This document shows positions 1-7,305 of a stretch of DNA of 24,232 nucleotides, one piece after another. Position numbers and translations under genes: made by a program. Each line of letters begins with the position of its first letter. Position 1 is the first letter of the stretch. The notes below the pieces were generated by a model. The model was not told where the DNA came from and made no database searches. It saw only the letters and a list, made by a program, of their open reading frames with translations. The stretch lies in IMG/VR virus record IMGVR_UViG_3300047160_036265; one strand, written 5' to 3'. Source of the stretch: a virus.

Positions 1-86
1 CTGAACCATGTTTTCCTTCCTATGTTCTCTCACTTTTGTTGATCTTCCCTAGTATAGTGAGAAAACGCAGGATTGTAAAGCAGGAT

Positions 87-1115
87 TCAGACGAGCCAGT
101 GCGGGTTGGCCAGGCTCCACTTGACGATGCGCTCGATGCTCTCGTGGAAGGAGATGGGCGGCTTCCAGCCCAGGTTCGCCAGCTTGTCGCCGTTGAGGGC
201 GTACCGGCGGTCGTAACCCCTTCTGGCGGACTCACTTGGGATGAGGCGGTACTTGAGCGGTTTGCCCATGATGTCGGCCACAAGCTGAGCCAGTTCGAGG
301 TTGTTCATCTCCACATCGCCGCAGACGTTGTAGCGGTCGGGACGGGCCGCACCGTTCTTGTAGAGGGCAACGGGCTGTTTCGCCAGAAAGGTGAAAACGT
401 CAGCGTGGTTCTTGGCGTGCAAATAAAAACGAGTGCCGATGCTCTGGGGGCTGTCGCCGTATATTTCCATTTCCTGGCCGGTGGCAACCTTCCAGATGAT
501 CTTGGGCAGGAACTTCTCCTTGTCCTGCCACTCCCCGATATTGTTCATGGTGTTGGTGATGACTACCGGCACGTCAAAGGTGCGCCAATAAGCAATGGCG
601 ACGGCCTCCTGGGCGGCTTTGGAAGCGGCATAGGGGTTGCTCGGCAGGATGGTGTCCCATTCCGGGTGCGCATAACCGGGCGGGCAGTCGCCATAGATTT
701 CATCGGTACTGACTTGAAAAAATATCTGAGGCCGGACCCGCCGGGCGAACTCCAGCAGGTTGATTGTCAGGTCATAGTTATTGCGCAAACAAGAAACCGG
801 ATCGGCAGTGGAGCGTTCCACCGCCGAGTCCGATGCCATGTTGATGATGTAATGCAGGGGCCGGGAAATGACATTACCACGGTCATCAATATACCGCCCC
901 ATTATGAGGTTTTCGATTTGCGGGCTGAGTGGAGTGGCAATGTCATATTGGTAGACCTTCACCCTTTCAGCCCCATAGGGTAGTCGGGAGTGCGTGCCTT
1001 TGTGACGGAACGAATCCAGGCCGATTATTTCCCAATCAGTGTGTTCGAGGAAGTATTCGACGCAGTGGGCACCGATAAACCCTCCGCACCCGGTTAGCAA
1101 AACCCGCTTGCCCAT
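87..1115 (-). CDS. rfbB: dTDP-glucose 4,6-dehydratase-like NAD-dependent epimerase/dehydratase (extended SDR)
   Basis: The N-terminal Rossmann motif is TGCGGFIG and the catalytic signatures STDEIYGD and YAASK are present. The C-terminus (RRGYDRRYA, LGWKP, KWSLANPHW) matches RmlB/RfbB. Its ATG overlaps the stop of the upstream small ORF as TAATG. Confidence 0.85.
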   Translation of the reverse strand: MGKRVLLTGCGGFIGAHCVEYFLEHTDWEIIGLDSFRHKGTHSRLPYGAERVKVYQYDIATPLSPQIENLIMGRYIDDRGNVISRPLHYIINMASDSAVERSTADPVSCLRNNYDLTINLLEFARRVRPQIFFQVSTDEIYGDCPPGYAHPEWDTILPSNPYAASKAAQEAVAIAYWRTFDVPVVITNTMNNIGEWQDKEKFLPKIIWKVATGQEMEIYGDSPQSIGTRFYLHAKNHADVFTFLAKQPVALYKNGAARPDRYNVCGDVEMNNLELAQLVADIMGKPLKYRLIPSESARRGYDRRYALNGDKLANLGWKPPISFHESIERIVKWSLANPHWLV

Positions 1116-1300
1116 TATTTCTCTACCGCTTCTTCCTTCTCTTCAGAGCCGTACTTGGGGGGCCAGCCACGCAGGAGGACCACAAACATCTTCACAATGA
1201 AGTTGACGCTGGCGAGCAATATGCACAGCACCAGAATCAAAAAGAGGCCCTGCCCGAAGTGGTCCCATGTTGAAATTATATCCAGTAGTTTCTCACCCAT
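1115..1300 (-). CDS. small single-pass membrane protein (61 aa), function unknown
   Basis: It has a hydrophobic core (LFLILVLCILLASVNFIVKMFVVLL) and an acidic C-terminus. Its start overlaps the thioredoxin stop by 8 nt and its stop overlaps the dehydratase ATG (TAATG), placing it between two confident genes. Confidence 0.5.
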   Translation of the reverse strand: MGEKLLDIISTWDHFGQGLFLILVLCILLASVNFIVKMFVVLLRGWPPKYGSEEKEEAVEK

Positions 1301-1595
1301 TGAGTAATTCCTTTATATTGCGTTCAGGGTGCAGGCCGACCAGTTTTTTCACCGGCACCCCATCCTTAAAGAAAATCATGGTCGGCAGGGCGGTGATCTT
1401 GAAATCGGCGGTCAAGCTGGGATTCTCTTCGGTGTTGACCTTGGCGAAGGTCACTTGCCCGTCGTATTCCTGGGACAACTTCTCCAGCAGCGGCGTGAGC
1501 ATGTTGCAGGGGCCGCACCAGGGTGCCCAGAAATCAACCAACACCTTGGGCTGGTTGATCGACTCATGGAAATTGGTTTCATTAAACGCTTGCAT
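1293..1595 (-). CDS. trxA: thioredoxin
   Basis: The WCGPC active-site motif sits in a thioredoxin-fold sequence (VLVDFWAPWCGPCNMLTPLLEKL). A GGAG Shine-Dalgarno lies 9 nt upstream of the ATG. Confidence 0.9.
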   Translation of the reverse strand: MQAFNETNFHESINQPKVLVDFWAPWCGPCNMLTPLLEKLSQEYDGQVTFAKVNTEENPSLTADFKITALPTMIFFKDGVPVKKLVGLHPERNIKELLNG

Positions 1596-1616
1596 TGTGT
1601 CTCCAGATGAAAGGTT

Positions 1617-1636
1617 GCGCCCGCTGGGGCGGGCGC
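1617..1636. terminator. GC-rich perfect hairpin, candidate intrinsic terminator
   Basis: The hairpin is GCGCCCGC-TGGG-GCGGGCGC (8 bp stem, 4 nt loop). It lies between the SIMPL gene stop and the thioredoxin start, flanked by a T-rich run on the plus strand and CTTTC on the minus strand. Confidence 0.35.
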
Positions 1637-1642
1637 TATTAT

Positions 1643-2362
1643 TTACTTCTTCCGGCGGGGTTTCCGCTTGGACATTTCGCTGCCCGCAATATCATATACG
1701 ACATTGACCGTGAAGGAAAAGCTCAATTCGCCTGCTGACACGGGAACGGCGGCAGATTCGGCACGAGCAGAGGGGGCAGCAGCCGCATAAAGTGTGCGGG
1801 GCTGGATAATACGCTGGGATTCCGACACAGTAAGGATGCTCCCCAGCTTAAAACCACCCACGTCGGCATAAAGCTGTGCCCGCCGCATGGCATCCTTCAT
1901 GGCAAGGGTGCGAGCCTCATCCATGACCTTTTGTGTGTCCTTCAGGGCGAAACGGATGCCGCTAAGGCGATTGGCACCGTCCCGAACCACCGCATCCAGT
2001 AGTTCGCCCACTTTATCCAGGTCGTAGGAACAAACGGTTACGGTATTGTTGACGGAGTAGCCGATCAGCTTATAGCCGCCCTCGTATTCCTTTTTGTAAT
2101 CGTATTGCGGTTGCACGGAGAGGCCGCTCGTCTGGATGTGTTCCTTCTTGATGCCGAACTTCTCCAAGGTCTGAAATAGTTTGGTCATCGCCCCGTTATT
2201 GGCGGCGAGCGCGTCGTGGGCCGTTTTGGCAGTGGTTTCCACGCCCACTGTGACAAAAACAGTGTCAGGTGTCGCAGTGGCCTTGCCTTCTCCCGTGACC
2301 GTGACCTCGGCCCAGGCGGGCGAAACCAACAGCATTCCCAGGACTGTCAATAACTTCTTCAT
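1643..2362 (-). CDS. SIMPL-domain (DUF541, YggE-like) secreted/periplasmic protein
   Basis: A Sec signal peptide (MKKLLTVLGMLLVSPAWA) is followed by the characteristic SIMPL pattern (TVTGEG..ATPD....GVET, ..LSVQPQYDY..). Confidence 0.8.
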   Translation of the reverse strand: MKKLLTVLGMLLVSPAWAEVTVTGEGKATATPDTVFVTVGVETTAKTAHDALAANNGAMTKLFQTLEKFGIKKEHIQTSGLSVQPQYDYKKEYEGGYKLIGYSVNNTVTVCSYDLDKVGELLDAVVRDGANRLSGIRFALKDTQKVMDEARTLAMKDAMRRAQLYADVGGFKLGSILTVSESQRIIQPRTLYAAAAPSARAESAAVPVSAGELSFSFTVNVVYDIAGSEMSKRKPRRKK

Positions 2363-2374
2363 AATTCACCCTTT

Positions 2375-2893
2375 CTAATTGGTGTGGAGTGTAAACAAGA
2401 AATGGTAGCCGTCTTCCCAGCCGGTGACATCCTGTTCGTCACCATTGTCAAAGCCGCCCCGAACGATGTCGTCGCATTCAAATCCCATCGCCCGGAGGAA
2501 TAACTGACCGTCCAGGTTGCTTTCCCGCACGGTCATTTCGATCATGCTGCGCTTGTGTTCGGACAGCTTGGACTTGAGATTTTTCACCATATGACGGCCA
2601 ATTGACTTACGCCGAACCTTGGGATTCACCGTCAGGTTGAGCATTTCCAGGCGGTCGGGATGAAGCTGGTAGACCACATAGGCCAGTACGGTATCCAGGC
2701 TGTCAACGCAAACCATGCCGATCCTGCCGGGGTTGAGGCGGTTGTCCAAATTACGGAGGAATTTTTGTTCGGTCCAGTGGTTCTCGCTGCTGTCTTTTTC
2801 AATAGCGACGACCTGGGGCAAATCTCTGCGGATCATCCACCGGATATGCGCCTGTACCGTTGTTTTGGTCATCTCCCTAAGCCCATATAGCAT
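2375..2893 (-). CDS. GNAT-family N-acetyltransferase
   Basis: It has a GNAT motif A-like core (LNLTVNPKVRRKSIGRHMV) in a RimI-like architecture and is about 170 aa. Confidence 0.7.
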   Translation of the reverse strand: MLYGLREMTKTTVQAHIRWMIRRDLPQVVAIEKDSSENHWTEQKFLRNLDNRLNPGRIGMVCVDSLDTVLAYVVYQLHPDRLEMLNLTVNPKVRRKSIGRHMVKNLKSKLSEHKRSMIEMTVRESNLDGQLFLRAMGFECDDIVRGGFDNGDEQDVTGWEDGYHFLFTLHTN

Positions 2894-3551
2894 CCAAGCC
2901 GATGACGGTGTTCAGTTTCTCCTCACCTTCAGGCAGCACGAGCATTTGCCGGACGCTGGCAAGGTCACGATTTTTGAAAATCACGACCCAGCCGGTTCTA
3001 TTATAAAAACTCGAAGAATCGGTCAGGTTCGGCAATCGCACATACTGCGTAAAACCGAAGAGAAACCGCTTGACGGCGAGTTCGGTCAGTCCGATATATT
3101 CCTGTGCCTGCGGCACACTCTGCTCCTTGCCGTAGAGCGAGTCCTCATAATTATCACGTTCAGGATTATACAACCTACCGCAGCGTAAAAGAATAGTAAA
3201 AAGTGAGCGGCGCATGTCGCAACCCCGCCAGAACGGCGATGGCCGAACCCACAATACGGTATCCTTGTCGGTCTTGTGATAGGAGGTCTTGTCCCAGGGA
3301 ACATGCAGGTCTTGCAGTTGTAGTATTTCCTCGGTTTTGCAGATAAAACCGGCGACGTTTTCCGCCTCGCCCTGGGCAACGGAGAAATAAAAACCTTCGA
3401 TGCTCGGCTCCCACTTCGGGGCGAACTGTTCTCGGCAGTGGTCCCAATGCGGTTGCTTGCTGGGGTCGCCCGTTTCCAAGGCAAACTGGCCGGGCGACGG
3501 CGCATTATAGACCTGCTTAAATCCCTTCTTTTGACCGAATTCCGCTCGCAT
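2877..3551 (-). CDS. hypothetical protein (224 aa)
   Basis: This is a long ATG-initiated ORF in the dominant coding strand with a 17-nt overlap onto the GNAT gene. No recognisable motif was found. Confidence 0.55.
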   Translation of the reverse strand: MRAEFGQKKGFKQVYNAPSPGQFALETGDPSKQPHWDHCREQFAPKWEPSIEGFYFSVAQGEAENVAGFICKTEEILQLQDLHVPWDKTSYHKTDKDTVLWVRPSPFWRGCDMRRSLFTILLRCGRLYNPERDNYEDSLYGKEQSVPQAQEYIGLTELAVKRFLFGFTQYVRLPNLTDSSSFYNRTGWVVIFKNRDLASVRQMLVLPEGEEKLNTVIGLDAIWA

Positions 3552-3560
3552 ATTCCCTCA

Positions 3561-4448
3561 TCAAACGCAATTAGTGTACTGAACACGGCAGTCTGACTCT
3601 ATTGTAGAGTTCTCCTTCTCCGTAATCCTCACGGTCGAGGTAAACGGGCCAGATGCCGGCTTCGATCTTCTCAGCTTATTTATTGGCGTGATATAAGGGT
3701 TGTTAAACCTCGGCGCAGAAAACGCTCGTTCCTTGTGCCTGGCACGAATATTGACGACGAGACGCAGATCGCATTCCAACGATCCTTTGAAAAACACCAA
3801 GGTGCCGCCGGGGTAAATCCCGTGCGGAAGGGACTGCATATTCTCGATGGAGGGCCGGTCGTAGCGGAAGTAGTAATATCGTTCCGCCGACTTATGGTAT
3901 TGGGCCTTTTCGGCTGGGTAGCCGGTGATGCCGGCGCTTTCGATAACCCAGCCTTGGGATTGGTGGGCGGTCCAGTCCCACTCCTGGTCGTCATCGGGGA
4001 GAACAACCTGCACAGTCTGTTGTGGCTCAATTTTCAGCGCTTGGCCGCAAGGACTTATTGCTGTGAGGAGGTTTCCACGGTTAGTTGTGCAGGCCAGGAG
4101 GACACAAAGGGAGGAGAACTGAAAGCCAACGTCAAGCCCGATCTCACCTAGCAGAACGGCGGACCAGGCACTCCAGTCGGTGTAGTCCTCCTTCTGGCGA
4201 TAGATGTGCGCAGCCCCGTTGCGCAGGTGTTCCACCCGGTCAAGTATGAGGAAGTCAGTTCTTTCGACAATATGGCAAGAGGCGTACTCGTCGGTCAGAA
4301 CAACCGCTAATTCCTGGTTAGGATATAAGCGAATCAAATGGTTGTCTGCCCGTGGGTTCCTTATCCTCACCGGAGCGTATTTCTTCATGGCTTTCAACCA
4401 ACGCCGCCAGCCACCCAGAATAGTGCTGAACCAGCGCCAAAACTTCAT
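3561..4448 (-). CDS. hypothetical protein (295 aa; alternative start at 4388)
   Basis: This is a long ORF on the coding strand. It overlaps the upstream ORF by 70–130 nt, so the start is uncertain. Confidence 0.5.
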   Translation of the reverse strand: MKFWRWFSTILGGWRRWLKAMKKYAPVRIRNPRADNHLIRLYPNQELAVVLTDEYASCHIVERTDFLILDRVEHLRNGAAHIYRQKEDYTDWSAWSAVLLGEIGLDVGFQFSSLCVLLACTTNRGNLLTAISPCGQALKIEPQQTVQVVLPDDDQEWDWTAHQSQGWVIESAGITGYPAEKAQYHKSAERYYYFRYDRPSIENMQSLPHGIYPGGTLVFFKGSLECDLRLVVNIRARHKERAFSAPRFNNPYITPINKLRRSKPASGPFTSTVRITEKENSTIESDCRVQYTNCV

Positions 4449-4983
4449 ATTTCCAAACCTTTAGCACGTTGGGATGCCTGGCGGTCAGGTAGATCAGACA
4501 GTTCTGATACCCTGCGTAGCGGTTGGCCAGGGGCAGGTCCACGTCCAGGCAACGATCCACATAATGACGCAACTCCGACTCCTGATGAGCGAACCAGCCA
4601 TCATAGCAGTAGACGAACATTTCCCACGCCGTCAGGATCACTTCCTTGCCGCCCGTCACGACGCCCGGCATACTATCCCCGTCTAACGACCGGGACCAGT
4701 TGAGGAAGTAATCCTCGTACTGGTCCCATTCCAGTTCCTTGGCATTGTATTTCTGGAAAAGCCGCTGCTTGAGGTAGCCGTTGTGAATCGGAGAGTAGAA
4801 CTCCACGACGTACTTGCCGGGATGAATGCCGCCGTCCACCCATTTGATGGTGACGAGCAACCAACTACTGTGCCAGTAAGTGGTATCCTCGGTGCGCAAT
4901 ATGAGGGCACCCATGCTGTCGTAGCGGACTAGCGGGATGTCTTTGATAGCGTGGCGCTTGAAATATTCCTCGTAAAGTCGCAT
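4318..4983 (-). CDS. hypothetical protein (221 aa)
   Basis: This is an ATG ORF on the coding strand, 16 nt downstream of the preceding gene, with no recognisable motif. Confidence 0.5.
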   Translation of the reverse strand: MRLYEEYFKRHAIKDIPLVRYDSMGALILRTEDTTYWHSSWLLVTIKWVDGGIHPGKYVVEFYSPIHNGYLKQRLFQKYNAKELEWDQYEDYFLNWSRSLDGDSMPGVVTGGKEVILTAWEMFVYCYDGWFAHQESELRHYVDRCLDVDLPLANRYAGYQNCLIYLTARHPNVLKVWKYEVLALVQHYSGWLAALVESHEEIRSGEDKEPTGRQPFDSLIS

Positions 4984-4998
4984 CGTACTATTATAAAG

Positions 4999-5232
4999 TC
5001 ACTCCTCCTTAAATTCCTCGAATTTACGGCTTTGCAGTATATCGTCACACCGGACCCAGCCGTGTGTTTCGTCATTCCAGGTCACGGGGTATTGATTGGG
5101 AAAGCCTTCGAGAATGTCGAAAAGGTCGCCCCCACTTCTCGCCCGCTCTGCACTGCGCAAGAATATAAGCGGGTGGATGTGCGGATAACGCTCCTTGAGA
5201 CTCTGAAGTACCTTGGCTTCGATCATGACCAT
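4999..5232 (-). CDS. small hypothetical protein (78 aa from internal ATG; ORF extends to 5322)
   Basis: It sits 8 nt downstream of the sigma factor gene when started at MVMIEAKV. That position suggests a sigma partner (anti-sigma), but this is conjecture. Confidence 0.4.
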   Translation of the reverse strand: MVMIEAKVLQSLKERYPHIHPLIFLRSAERARSGGDLFDILEGFPNQYPVTWNDETHGWVRCDDILQSRKFEEFKEE

Positions 5233-5239
5233 ATTATAC

Positions 5240-5752
5240 TTAGGCCACTTCCTCGTACAAACGCTCTTTCGACCACTCGCCTCGAAGCTGTTCGTAGGAT
5301 TCTCCCAAAACCTGGCAAACACGGGCCTTGCTCAACCCCATTTCCACGCCGATCTCCTCCTGAGTTTTGTCTTCCAAGAAATAACCCCGGATCACAGCTT
5401 GGCGAGGCGGGGTTAGGCCCGGCAACACCAAGCCAAACAGTTCCGGCGAGTCGGCGGAAGGTGGGGCCGAAGGCTCATATTCCAGCGTTTTATGGGCCTG
5501 GGGAGCCTGTCGGGTTCCCCAGCCCAACTCCCGGAGGTAGTCCTGAATCGCCCCGTGGATGCGTATTTTTGCGTAGCCCTCGAAATTATCGCAGCGCTCC
5601 GGTTCGTACTTGTGGGCGGCGTCCACCAGGCCGAAATAAGCAGCGGATTGCAGTTCATCTAACTGGACGCTGCGAGGCAAACCTTTCTTTTTATAACCGG
5701 CGATTTTGTTGGCGAGAGGGAGATGAGATTCGATGAGTTCATTAGTTGTCAT
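5240..5752 (-). CDS. sigma-70 family RNA polymerase sigma factor (regions 2 and 4)
   Basis: The region 2 sequence (DELQSAAYFGLVDAAHKYEP) and the region 4.2 helix-turn-helix (TQEEIGVEMGLSKARVCQV) are both recognisable. Its size (170 aa) is typical of phage, ECF or FliA-like sigma factors. Confidence 0.8.
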   Translation of the reverse strand: MTTNELIESHLPLANKIAGYKKKGLPRSVQLDELQSAAYFGLVDAAHKYEPERCDNFEGYAKIRIHGAIQDYLRELGWGTRQAPQAHKTLEYEPSAPPSADSPELFGLVLPGLTPPRQAVIRGYFLEDKTQEEIGVEMGLSKARVCQVLGESYEQLRGEWSKERLYEEVA

Positions 5753-5763
5753 ATAGTGTTCTT

Positions 5764-5855
5764 TCGTTAAAGACAGTTAAAGATCGTTTAAGATAGTGAT
5801 GACCGTGAGAAGATAGTCGCCTGCGATTACGCAAGAACTTTTTCGCTCACGGTCA
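5764..5855. promoter_or_regulatory. upstream regulatory region of the sigma gene with three tandem ~10–11 nt repeats and a 10-bp perfect inverted repeat
   Basis: Tandem repeats gttaaagacag / ttaaagatcg / tttaagatag lie at about 5766–5796. The inverted repeat is TGACCGTGAG (5800–5809) and CTCACGGTCA (5846–5855) with a 36-nt spacer. The region lies between the amidoligase stop and the sigma ATG. Confidence 0.4.
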
Positions 5856-5885
5856 ACATTATTATATAGCTCAGAAGCGCTTATT

Positions 5886-6830
5886 TCAAGCCGGCTGCGA
5901 GATGAATTTCAACATATTATTGGCCATGCTACCCCACGCCGAACCGCCGAAACGCAGGCATCGCTCCAAGAGCCAGATGCGGGTTTCGTGAAGACCGGGG
6001 CTGAAAATAAAGAAGTCCTCGTCGTGGCCAAGGCCACAGTAACGCAGGGCCTCAGCCACGTCAAGACACGGGCCTATATTTTCGGGCATGGGGCGGTCCT
6101 TGCAGTATTCCACAAGGTTGAGGAAGAAACGTATCCAGTTCTTGACATGGATGGGCAGGAACGTGCCTTCGGGCAGGCGAAGCTCAAGCGTCTTGCGACT
6201 CCAGCGCTTTCGTCGCAGCCCGGTAGCGTAATTCATGAAGTTGACGGCGACCCGCCGCTCCGGGTTTTCAAAAACGCAGATGTCCGCCGGGCATACCAGT
6301 TCCCACATCTCAAGGGCGGTATATCGGCCCTCCCGACTATCCAGGGGGAACACGCTGCGCAATGACCGGCAATAGGGGTTGCTGCTGCGATGGCGGGGCA
6401 CACAACCGAACAGAAAAGGCTCGATCTTGAGCCAGTGGGCGGCAAAAACCCCGACCTGAGCAGGTACAAAGTCGCTCACGTCGGCGTGGACGTGCAGGCC
6501 GCAGTTTTCATTGACCTGGACCCCATATTCATTCAACCGGCAGGCAACCTCGGAAATGTGAAAAATATCTGCCAGGCCGGCTGCCTTGTACGAGGCTACC
6601 TCGTAACCGTGGTCCAAACCCTTTCCCTTGGGACCGCAGGTGGAATCCGTCTTGATGTGCCAATGGCGGTTGCCGTGCGTTTGCCCCCAATCGGTAACTA
6701 CGGCGCTCCGGTGCGAATGCTTGATGACCACGCTCCATATTTCATGGCGAGTGATCGTATTACTGGCCTCAAGCTCTACCCCGAAAGGTCGAACCGAATC
6801 GAACTTCCGATATTTGGTCCCTCGGTACAT
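5886..6830 (-). CDS. amidoligase-family enzyme (putative amidoligase, glutamine-synthetase-like fold)
   Basis: The N-terminal FGVELE, the central WHIKTDSTCGP..GYEVAS and the CGLHVHADV motif match the Amidoligase_2 pattern. Confidence 0.65.
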   Translation of the reverse strand: MYRGTKYRKFDSVRPFGVELEASNTITRHEIWSVVIKHSHRSAVVTDWGQTHGNRHWHIKTDSTCGPKGKGLDHGYEVASYKAAGLADIFHISEVACRLNEYGVQVNENCGLHVHADVSDFVPAQVGVFAAHWLKIEPFLFGCVPRHRSSNPYCRSLRSVFPLDSREGRYTALEMWELVCPADICVFENPERRVAVNFMNYATGLRRKRWSRKTLELRLPEGTFLPIHVKNWIRFFLNLVEYCKDRPMPENIGPCLDVAEALRYCGLGHDEDFFIFSPGLHETRIWLLERCLRFGGSAWGSMANNMLKFISQPA

Positions 6831-6863
6831 TTATCATGCCCAACACGCTATTGTCACGATATA

Positions 6864-7286
6864 TCAAACTTTGGGGAAAGTCAATCCCTCTTGCTTCGTG
6901 GGGGCCGGCGGCTTGCTATAATCGCTCTTCGCCTGTTCCAAGTCCTGCAAACCGCTATTTACCGCCTCGTCTATTCTGGGCGTATAACCCAGCCCCTTTA
7001 AGATCAGTTCGAGCATCTGGGCCAGCGTGACCAGAGTGTTCATAAGAACCTGGGAGTTTTGATTCGATATTTGCACGTTGCCCTCGGCAACGGCCTTTTG
7101 TCCCTCCACCTGGGAGTCAAAGCCCTCACTGATGGCCTTGCGCAAATCGTTAATGGCGTCGGCCAATTTCAGCAGGAAACTGGACATCTGAAAGAGCATG
7201 ATAGCGCTAACGACAGCAGCTACGCAGCCCAACAAAATAAAGATACAGAATATCACCGCCAGGGTGATGGTCAAGAATTCGGGCAT
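6864..7286 (-). CDS. membrane protein with N-terminal TM helix and C-terminal coiled coil (i-spanin-like topology)
   Basis: The TM segment TITLAVIFCIFILLGCVAAVVSAIMLF is followed by a heptad-rich, Q/E/L-rich segment. The gene sits immediately downstream of the tail-fibre gene, and the AATTAGAAAGG motif lies upstream of its ATG. Confidence 0.55.
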   Translation of the reverse strand: MPEFLTITLAVIFCIFILLGCVAAVVSAIMLFQMSSFLLKLADAINDLRKAISEGFDSQVEGQKAVAEGNVQISNQNSQVLMNTLVTLAQMLELILKGLGYTPRIDEAVNSGLQDLEQAKSDYSKPPAPTKQEGLTFPKV

Positions 7287-7291
7287 AGATA

Positions 7292-7305
7292 CCTTTCTAA
7301 TTAAG
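7292..7305 (-). promoter_or_regulatory. recurring upstream element CTTAATTAGAAAGG (minus-strand sense), copy 1
   Basis: The same 14-mer recurs at ~17349–17362 upstream of GroES, and an 11-mer core AATTAGAAAGG lies at 2370–2380 upstream of the SIMPL gene. In each case it sits 5–9 nt before the ATG. Confidence 0.4.

Noticed and set aside
36-983. 315-aa plus-strand ORF
   Set aside because: It lies entirely antisense to the confidently identified dehydratase gene, and its translation is low-complexity (R/G/V/D-rich). It is a shadow ORF of a GC-rich coding region.
3086-3586. Alternative-frame minus-strand ORFs (166 aa and 90 aa) inside 2877–3551
   Set aside because: They are same-strand overlapping frames with Arg/Ser-rich, low-complexity translations. 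The 224-aa frame starting with ATG at 3551 is preferred.
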